From positions 32,001 to 96,000 of the IMG/VR virus record IMGVR_UViG_3300042997_000909: a DNA stretch of 64,000 nucleotides, one strand, 5' to 3'. This DNA comes from a virus. Taxonomy: Duplodnaviria > Caudoviricetes. Position 1 is the first letter of the stretch; every line of letters starts with the position of its first letter. A model generated the notes under the pieces. It worked only from the letters and a program-made list of their open reading frames with translations. It ran no database searches and was not told where the DNA came from. This document shows positions 57,579 through 64,000 of this stretch, in pieces. A program made the position numbers and the translations under genes.

Positions 57579-59258
57579 ATGGCAACAAATGATAATTGTG
57601 AAGGTTGTGGATGTGGACCATCAATACCAGAACCATGTATTACTCCACCACCAGTATGTCCTGATCCACAGCCATGTACTGAAATAACTGATGCCCAGTG
57701 TGTTAAGTACACAGGACCTGCATTAACATGTAATGATGTACCAATTATTCCAACAAACACATCGCTTGCTGATGCACTTGCAGCACTTGTTGATTTGACA
57801 TGTGAAGACGCATGTTGTACAATACCAGCTGTAACAAGTATAGAAGATCCTGATTACATTATGCTTTGTGTAGATGATACTGCATTTTGTCCTTATGATG
57901 GGTTACTCTATAACTGGTTTGCAATTAACATTGCAACTGCTGGCAATGGTCGTGTAGCTGGAGGTATTGTCAATATAAATGCTGTTGATAATCCAATTAA
58001 TACGTGGAGAGTTCCAAACAACAATGACTGGCAAGCATTGGTAACAGCAATTAATCCAACTGCAACATTTGCACCATGGAATAATATTGCAGCAGGTCCA
58101 ATGAAATCATTGACATGTTGGAGTATACCAAACAGTGCAGCTAATAATTCAACAACATTAGCAGTAATGCCATCTGTGTATCGTCTTGATACTGGTGTGT
58201 TTACACTAAACAATGGTCAAATTGGTACATACTGGGGTTGGGATAGTGTAGCTACTGCAACAGGATATATGTATTCACTTGAGTTTGATGATGATACATT
58301 GTTTAGAACAGTAGTAGATAAAAACCAAGGTTTGCGTTTAAGACTTGTAAGACCTGCTGAATGTAATGAGGATCCAGGAGATGCAATTCCAAATGCATAT
58401 AAAGACAATTCTGGCAACTTGTATAACGGTATTGTTATTGGAAGTCTTGTCTGGTTAACTGCAGATCTTAAGGATTTAAAATACAATAATGGAAATGTTA
58501 TACCTGTAGAAACAGTTAATGCTACATGGGCAGGTTTAACTACAGGCGCATTGTGTTACCCATTAAATGACACTACCTATGAGATAGAGTATGTTATTGG
58601 ATGTAAACAAGTAAAAATATCTTTTGAGAACTTTGTTGAGAACTTACCATCAGGACCTGGTACAAAAATTGTAACTGTTACAGGTGGTTATGGTATTACT
58701 GTTACTGAGCGCATTATTAGTCCAACAAAAACTGATTACTTGATAGATGCAGATTGTTGCGAAGACTTATCTAAAGAGATTCAGGAAATTACAAAAATTA
58801 CTGAGACTTTAATTGGTGATATAAATACACTAGAAGAATGTTGTGCTACAAATACTGAGCAGATTGCAAATTTAAACAGAAGACCACAATATGAAGGTTA
58901 TTTTGCAGCTGGTGAGGTTTTTGTAACAAATCCTGCATGGCATGTTCAAAGTAATCCATACAATACATTGGAGTTTACTGCAACTGAAACGCGTCAGCAT
59001 CTTGTAACAATAACAGTAAATACTAGTGAAGAAGATCCTAATTCAAGAATGGGAATGGGTTTTGGCATAAATGGTAGTAATCCAGTTGGGAATGTAAACA
59101 CAAACCCTTTTGTAATAAAATATGTTATTGGTGCAGATGGTACTACTACACACACATACATACTTGATTTAACTGCTGGTGATGACGTTGTTTTAATGTT
59201 TCAAGCAATTACAGGTGTTGTTGTGATGGATCCACTTTGGATGGTTGTTCAGTACTAA
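57579..59258 (+). CDS. Fibre protein with FISUMP (Fib_succ_major) domain
   Basis: GLLYNW, WRVP...DW, GLRLRLV, KDNSGNLY..IG..VW. Confidence 0.75.
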   Translation: MATNDNCEGCGCGPSIPEPCITPPPVCPDPQPCTEITDAQCVKYTGPALTCNDVPIIPTNTSLADALAALVDLTCEDACCTIPAVTSIEDPDYIMLCVDDTAFCPYDGLLYNWFAINIATAGNGRVAGGIVNINAVDNPINTWRVPNNNDWQALVTAINPTATFAPWNNIAAGPMKSLTCWSIPNSAANNSTTLAVMPSVYRLDTGVFTLNNGQIGTYWGWDSVATATGYMYSLEFDDDTLFRTVVDKNQGLRLRLVRPAECNEDPGDAIPNAYKDNSGNLYNGIVIGSLVWLTADLKDLKYNNGNVIPVETVNATWAGLTTGALCYPLNDTTYEIEYVIGCKQVKISFENFVENLPSGPGTKIVTVTGGYGITVTERIISPTKTDYLIDADCCEDLSKEIQEITKITETLIGDINTLEECCATNTEQIANLNRRPQYEGYFAAGEVFVTNPAWHVQSNPYNTLEFTATETRQHLVTITVNTSEEDPNSRMGMGFGINGSNPVGNVNTNPFVIKYVIGADGTTTHTYILDLTAGDDVVLMFQAITGVVVMDPLWMVVQY

Positions 59259-59279
59259 GATTATACTCTTGTAATAGCG

Positions 59280-59308
59280 AACCCTCATTCTTTGAGGGTT
59301 TTGTTTTT
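59280..59308 (+). terminator. Intrinsic terminator, followed by a TATATTTG promoter box (59314-59321)
   Basis: AACCCTCA-TTCTT-TGAGGGTT followed by a T-rich run. Confidence 0.7.
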
Positions 59309-59364
59309 ATGCTTATATTTGCTTAACTCATTTATTTTGCCTATATTTTTATTGAGGAACAAGT

Positions 59365-59943
59365 ATGAAAAACTTTGCACCAGATATTAAAGGACCAAGA
59401 TTCAGAAAGCCAACAAAAAAAACTGTTGTGGCATCACTGATTAATGACATTCAGTCTCAAGTCTTTGCTGCAAAATACTTGTCAGAAGAACAAATTAAAA
59501 AAGTATTACTTGAGTTCAACAAAGAAGTTTATGTGACTGCTATTGACAAAAGAGATGGTGTAGAAATACCAAGTCAGATTGGTCACTTGTTCATTGGAAC
59601 ATGTCCACGTACAAAAAATAAAAACGTTGACTACAAGAAAACTGCTGAAGTGGGTAAAGCTGTTCAGTATAACAACTGGGAAACAGACAGTCACTTAGCA
59701 AAGATATTTTTTACAACATTTGCAAGCAGATACAAGTTTAAGAATAATGAATTATGGGGATTCTCAGGTGTACGCAACTTTAAAAGAAGTGTTTCTAAGG
59801 AGTATCCAAAGAAGTGGAATACATACATACAAGTTGATCCACATAAGAAAATCAGTACACTTTTCAGAAGTAGACTTTATAAAATTGAACGCACTGAAAA
59901 TGATACTGAGAATTTGAAAATGTATAACGAATTTGAGTTTTAA
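59365..59943 (+). CDS. IHF/HU-like protein of the crassvirus tail module
   Basis: RDGVEIP.QIGHLFI, F...R.FKR.V.K. Confidence 0.65.
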   Translation: MKNFAPDIKGPRFRKPTKKTVVASLINDIQSQVFAAKYLSEEQIKKVLLEFNKEVYVTAIDKRDGVEIPSQIGHLFIGTCPRTKNKNVDYKKTAEVGKAVQYNNWETDSHLAKIFFTTFASRYKFKNNELWGFSGVRNFKRSVSKEYPKKWNTYIQVDPHKKISTLFRSRLYKIERTENDTENLKMYNEFEF

Positions 59944-59944
59944 C

Positions 59945-60613
59945 ATGACAGTTGGAGAAGCAATATCAAGAGTACGTAACCAAGTAAAGGCTGTTAAGCA
60001 GGATGCTAACATAACCAATAGGTTTTTGTACTCAGTGATTATGAAACATGCGCGATTCTTTATGCATCGCCAAGATAATCTTAATCGCATAATGAAATAC
60101 AACAGTGTATTTCAAACTTTAAATTTTGTTGAGCTTATCACTGTAGATGTTGCAGAAGCGCAATGTTATGGTGTAGATACTGGTTGCTACTTTAAAAGAA
60201 CAAAAAAGAAACTTCCTAGAATGATTGAAGGTTATTATGGACCATTACTTAGGTCAGTAACATCTTTAGATTTATCTCAACAAGCTATTCCAACATTTCC
60301 AATTACATTTCAACAAATCTCAAGACAAAGCACATTCAAGTATAATAGCAAAAAGTATTACTGGTATCTAAATGGATACTTATATTTTCCAAATCTTGAA
60401 TGGGAAGCTATAAGATTAGAAGGTGTTTTTGAAGAAGATATATCAAGCATGAACTGTGATACAACAGATGACTGTTTGTTTGTCACTGACCAGAAAATAA
60501 ATGTGCCAGAATTCTTATTCTCAGAAATTGAACAACTTGTGATGCGTGATCTTGGTGTGATGATTCAAATTCCTTCAGATCCTGGTCAAAATGCATCAAG
60601 TGTAACATCATAA
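59945..60613 (+). CDS. Tail ring/tubular protein
   Basis: YYWYLNGYLYFP..IRLEGVFE; position. Confidence 0.65.
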   Translation: MTVGEAISRVRNQVKAVKQDANITNRFLYSVIMKHARFFMHRQDNLNRIMKYNSVFQTLNFVELITVDVAEAQCYGVDTGCYFKRTKKKLPRMIEGYYGPLLRSVTSLDLSQQAIPTFPITFQQISRQSTFKYNSKKYYWYLNGYLYFPNLEWEAIRLEGVFEEDISSMNCDTTDDCLFVTDQKINVPEFLFSEIEQLVMRDLGVMIQIPSDPGQNASSVTS

Positions 60614-60616
60614 CAA

Positions 60617-61786
60617 ATGAAAGCAGAACTAAAATATAGAACATTTGATGAACTTCTTGACAGTGTTAAGATAGACATAAGAACGTTTGATCTTGAGGGA
60701 ATGATAGATGATCAAACTTTAATCAAGGTTGTTCAACGTGTAAATTATGATTTGGGTTTAAAGATAAATCCTAATCGCACAAAGATGCTTGAAGTCTCAA
60801 ACTATCGCGCAAAACTCCCTTCAGACTTTGCTGTTTTAAACCATGCACTTTTGTGCACTGGTTCTATTGATACGCACATGCCACCACTATGGTCATATAA
60901 AACATATAATCAGGGGGTGGCTGATGGAATATACCAAGCTGAATTTGAAATCTATAGAAAAATGGTAGAACAATATACGCAAATAGTAAACATTGTACCT
61001 GGTATAAATACTATTACACATAACCTAGGTACAAACTATGTGATTGTCCAAGCATTAGCAATGGATCATTCACTGCTTACGCTAGATGTTATCATTATTG
61101 ATGATGATACAATACAACTTGTGTCTGAATATCCAGGTGCATACAATGGTGTAATTGTTACAATAATGGGTTCTAAAGCAAGTAATGGTGAACATTGTCC
61201 ACCAGATCCATGTCCTATTCCACCAAACCCATGTGTGCAAGATCCAAAGCCATGTCATAATACGTCCATTACACATGAAAATGGGCATCCTGTTGTAATA
61301 GACAGATGTAATGGAAGAACGCGAAAGTTCAAAAACATGTTTAGACTTGAGATTGTAAAGAACAACTCAATGTCTGCTGATTGTGTAGATGTAAATTCAC
61401 GCAACTACTATTCAGTGTTTTTGAAAAATGGATTTCTTGAAACAAACTTTAAGGAAGGTGAAGTACTTGTGATGTATGATAGTGTAATGGAAACAGACAA
61501 AGGAGAGTTAATGGTTCTTAGTCATCCATATGCTGATGAGTATTATGAGTATGCACTTAAGGAACGTATTTATGAGAACCTTGCTCAGGCAGGTGAGAAC
61601 ACAGTTCAGTTAATGCAACTTATGTCTGGTAAATTACGCGAAGCAAGAAACAAAGCACTTGGCTTTATAAATACTCCTGACTTTGGTGAATTGAAACAAA
61701 TGTGGGAGACAAATAGAAAAGCACAGTATTCGCGATTCTATGACATGTTTAAAAATCATATGCCGTATCATCCATATTACACATAA
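60617..61786 (+). CDS. Tail tubular/ring protein with inserted domain
   Basis: YRTFDELL..V, YRAKLPSDF, NGFLETNF.EG, EYYEYALK. Confidence 0.65.
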   Translation: MKAELKYRTFDELLDSVKIDIRTFDLEGMIDDQTLIKVVQRVNYDLGLKINPNRTKMLEVSNYRAKLPSDFAVLNHALLCTGSIDTHMPPLWSYKTYNQGVADGIYQAEFEIYRKMVEQYTQIVNIVPGINTITHNLGTNYVIVQALAMDHSLLTLDVIIIDDDTIQLVSEYPGAYNGVIVTIMGSKASNGEHCPPDPCPIPPNPCVQDPKPCHNTSITHENGHPVVIDRCNGRTRKFKNMFRLEIVKNNSMSADCVDVNSRNYYSVFLKNGFLETNFKEGEVLVMYDSVMETDKGELMVLSHPYADEYYEYALKERIYENLAQAGENTVQLMQLMSGKLREARNKALGFINTPDFGELKQMWETNRKAQYSRFYDMFKNHMPYHPYYT

Positions 61787-61789
61787 CAG

Positions 61790-64000
61790 ATGGCTGACAA
61801 TACACAAAACACAACAGGTGTCAAAACCAATTCTTTTAACAAGGGAATGGTTAAAGACAACACAGACATTTTTATGTCTGAAGGTCTTTGGTATAACGCT
61901 ATTAATGCAATAAACAATTCGCATTATGGTGAAACAGGTTCTATAGGAAATGAACCTTCAAACAAGTTTTGTGCTCAGGCTCCATATACTATTATTGGCT
62001 ATGCATTTATACGTGAAACAGAATGGTTAGTGTTTTCAACAAATAATATTGATTCTGAAATAGGTATTTTTGATGAGTCAAAATGTAGTTACACAAAACT
62101 TATCAATGACACATGCCTTAATTTTAAGACAACAAATCTTATTACAGCGTTTGTAAAAGAAAATTATGATTGTACTTTTTCTGGATACTGGCAAGATAAC
62201 TTGAATCCAGATAGAGTTATGAATCTAAATAATATTCCATACATATGTGTTCCTGCAAGTGAAGATCCTTGTGATGGCGATATTTGTACTGATAGATTGG
62301 ATTGTAACAAAATTCGTTTACATCCACTAGTAAAACAACCTTGTGTAAATATTAGAAAAGCAATTGGTTCAGGTCAAATTATTAATGGTAGCTACATGGC
62401 TGCTATTGCTTATTCTGAAAATGGAATACGTTTGACAGAATACTCAATGCCAAGTGTACCACAAGGTCTTTGGAAAGATAGTGGATTTGGAGGAAGTCTT
62501 GAAATAAATCTTGATGACCTTGATCCACAGTTTGAAGAATATGAATTAGTAATCATATCTGTCAATACGCAAAACGCGATTGCAAAAAAGATAGGATACT
62601 ACAACATAAATCAAAAAATTGTAATCATTGATGTTATTCAAGGAGCACTTGAAACAATTCCATTGTCTTATATACCATTAAGAAATGTGGTGTATGATAA
62701 GAGTGAGAAAATGGCTGTTGTTAATGGATATCTTATCAGAAGTGGTGTAAGTACACAACCATACATTAACTATCAAATACAAGCTAACAAAATACAAACA
62801 AATTGGGTTGCTGTTGAATATGATACAAATTATTACTGGAATGGTGGTAATGTTATGGGATACATGCGTGATGAAGTTTATTCATACTTTATCAGATGGA
62901 TATATAACACAGGAAATCGTACAGCATCTTATCATATACCAGGACGTGCAGCAATACCTTCTGATTTACTTCCAGTTAGTGGCGATGATATTGTTGATCC
63001 TACTGAACAATTTGCTTGGCAAGTATATGACACTTCTACAAAAGTACCTGCGTCAGGTTCAGAAAAAGATGGAGGGATTGTTATTGCAAGAGGAAATATG
63101 GGTTATTGGGAATCAATTGAAAGATATCCTGTAAACCCTGAAGTATGGGGTGACTTATGTTACAAGCCTATACGCCATCACAAGATGCCTTCAAATGAAA
63201 CTATTCATATCCATAATCAAGGAGGTAGTAGAATTATTGTACTTGGTGTAGAATTTAGTAATATAGAACCACCAGTAGATTTAGATGGTAATCCTATTTC
63301 TGAGATTGTTGGTTATGAAATACTACGTGGTTCAAGAGAAGGGAACAAGTCAATTGTTGCAAAAGGAATTTTTGCTAATATGTTGGAATTCAACATAAAT
63401 GGTCAAACAAGTAAAAAAGGTTTGATGCAAAACTATCCATACAATGATGTACGTCCTGATCCATTCTTGTCTGATGACTATACAATTCTTGATAACAATG
63501 AAAATGAAGACCCATGGGAAAATGCTTCTAAATTAAACAAGTATAAAAAGAATTATTTATCTTTTCACTCTGTAGAAACAAACTTTGAAAGACCAGCATT
63601 TGGTACAAACTATATCAAGGTTTATACAGAAGAAAAGGGTACTGCTACAGGTCAGTTTGAATTACCATACAAGCATCCTAGATTTAAGTTACTTACTGAT
63701 AATGCATTTACATTGTCTGTTGCAGTAGGTTTAGGGATTGCACTGATTGAAGCTTTAGGGAAATCAACAGTAAAGGGAGGAAACTTTCCATTGGTTGCAG
63801 CTACTGGTGCACCTTATGCTGATGCTGCTAGAGAATCTGGATCAGCTACAACAATTTCAGATTTAATTACTGGTGGTATTCTTTCAGGACTTTCTACTGG
63901 CGGTCAAGCTAACGTAGTGGGAACAGTAGCTGGTATTGTACAATTTGCAATAAGCTTAGGGTTTTGGATACCACGTGGAATGAGTGTTGTTCTTGATTTG
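61790..64000 (+). CDS. Tail stabilisation / muzzle protein (3' end runs off the window; missing from the ORF track)
   Basis: Hand-translated MADNTQNTTGVKTNSFNKGMVKD..NAIN..GSIGNEPSN; GYMRDEVYSYFIRW..SYHIPGR, IRHHKMP. Confidence 0.8.
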   Translation, partial: MADNTQNTTGVKTNSFNKGMVKDNTDIFMSEGLWYNAINAINNSHYGETGSIGNEPSNKFCAQAPYTIIGYAFIRETEWLVFSTNNIDSEIGIFDESKCSYTKLINDTCLNFKTTNLITAFVKENYDCTFSGYWQDNLNPDRVMNLNNIPYICVPASEDPCDGDICTDRLDCNKIRLHPLVKQPCVNIRKAIGSGQIINGSYMAAIAYSENGIRLTEYSMPSVPQGLWKDSGFGGSLEINLDDLDPQFEEYELVIISVNTQNAIAKKIGYYNINQKIVIIDVIQGALETIPLSYIPLRNVVYDKSEKMAVVNGYLIRSGVSTQPYINYQIQANKIQTNWVAVEYDTNYYWNGGNVMGYMRDEVYSYFIRWIYNTGNRTASYHIPGRAAIPSDLLPVSGDDIVDPTEQFAWQVYDTSTKVPASGSEKDGGIVIARGNMGYWESIERYPVNPEVWGDLCYKPIRHHKMPSNETIHIHNQGGSRIIVLGVEFSNIEPPVDLDGNPISEIVGYEILRGSREGNKSIVAKGIFANMLEFNINGQTSKKGLMQNYPYNDVRPDPFLSDDYTILDNNENEDPWENASKLNKYKKNYLSFHSVETNFERPAFGTNYIKVYTEEKGTATGQFELPYKHPRFKLLTDNAFTLSVAVGLGIALIEALGKSTVKGGNFPLVAATGAPYADAARESGSATTISDLITGGILSGLSTGGQANVVGTVAGIVQFAISLGFWIPRGMSVVLDL

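Noticed and set aside
57579-59258. Diversity-generating retroelement targeting the FISUMP domain
   Set aside because: No reverse transcriptase and no template/variable repeat pair seen in this window
62808-63134. 108 aa ORF in the track
   Set aside because: Out-of-frame overlap inside the long muzzle-protein ORF that starts at 61790
1-64000. Stop-codon reassignment (TAG or TGA), known in some crassviruses
   Set aside because: Core genes are full length in the standard code, and both TAG (portal) and TGA (polB, dUTPase) act as real stops abutting the next start
1-64000. tRNA genes, CRISPR arrays, integrase/transposase
   Set aside because: I saw no T-arm/cloverleaf signature, regularly spaced repeat array or recombinase motif; a tRNAscan-SE run is still advisable

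Overview
This window is part of a crAss-like (Crassvirales-type) bacteriophage genome, most likely infecting a Bacteroidota host. TAnnTTTG -7 promoter boxes recur, the DNA is AT-rich and it reads in the standard code. Two arms diverge at about 36.95 kb. The minus-strand arm (1-36.9 kb) runs from a putative early region through many small accessory genes, including MoxR/vWA, a spore-photoproduct-lyase-like radical SAM enzyme and a coupled four-gene DUF operon. It ends in a replication module: dUTPase, SF2 helicase, UDG, DnaB, AAA ATPase, SSB, primase, GIY-YIG endonuclease, PD-(D/E)XK nuclease and family B DNA polymerase. The plus-strand arm (37-64 kb) carries a GroES-like gene, candidate nucleotide-sponge anti-defence genes, terminase, portal, scaffold, major capsid protein, ring/hub proteins, Cys-rich fibre proteins and the start of the muzzle/tail-stabilisation protein. 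The most notable unexplained signals are: (i) a ~1.1 kb densely structured ORF-poor segment at 32.4-33.5 kb that looks like a giant ncRNA; (ii) a second ~360 nt structured RNA at 20.3-20.6 kb; (iii) a 25-bp motif repeated three times in the early region (candidate virion-RNAP promoter); (iv) a candidate anti-CBASS/Thoeris sponge cluster; (v) a circularly permuted FISUMP domain. All family assignments come from visual motif recognition, not database searches.
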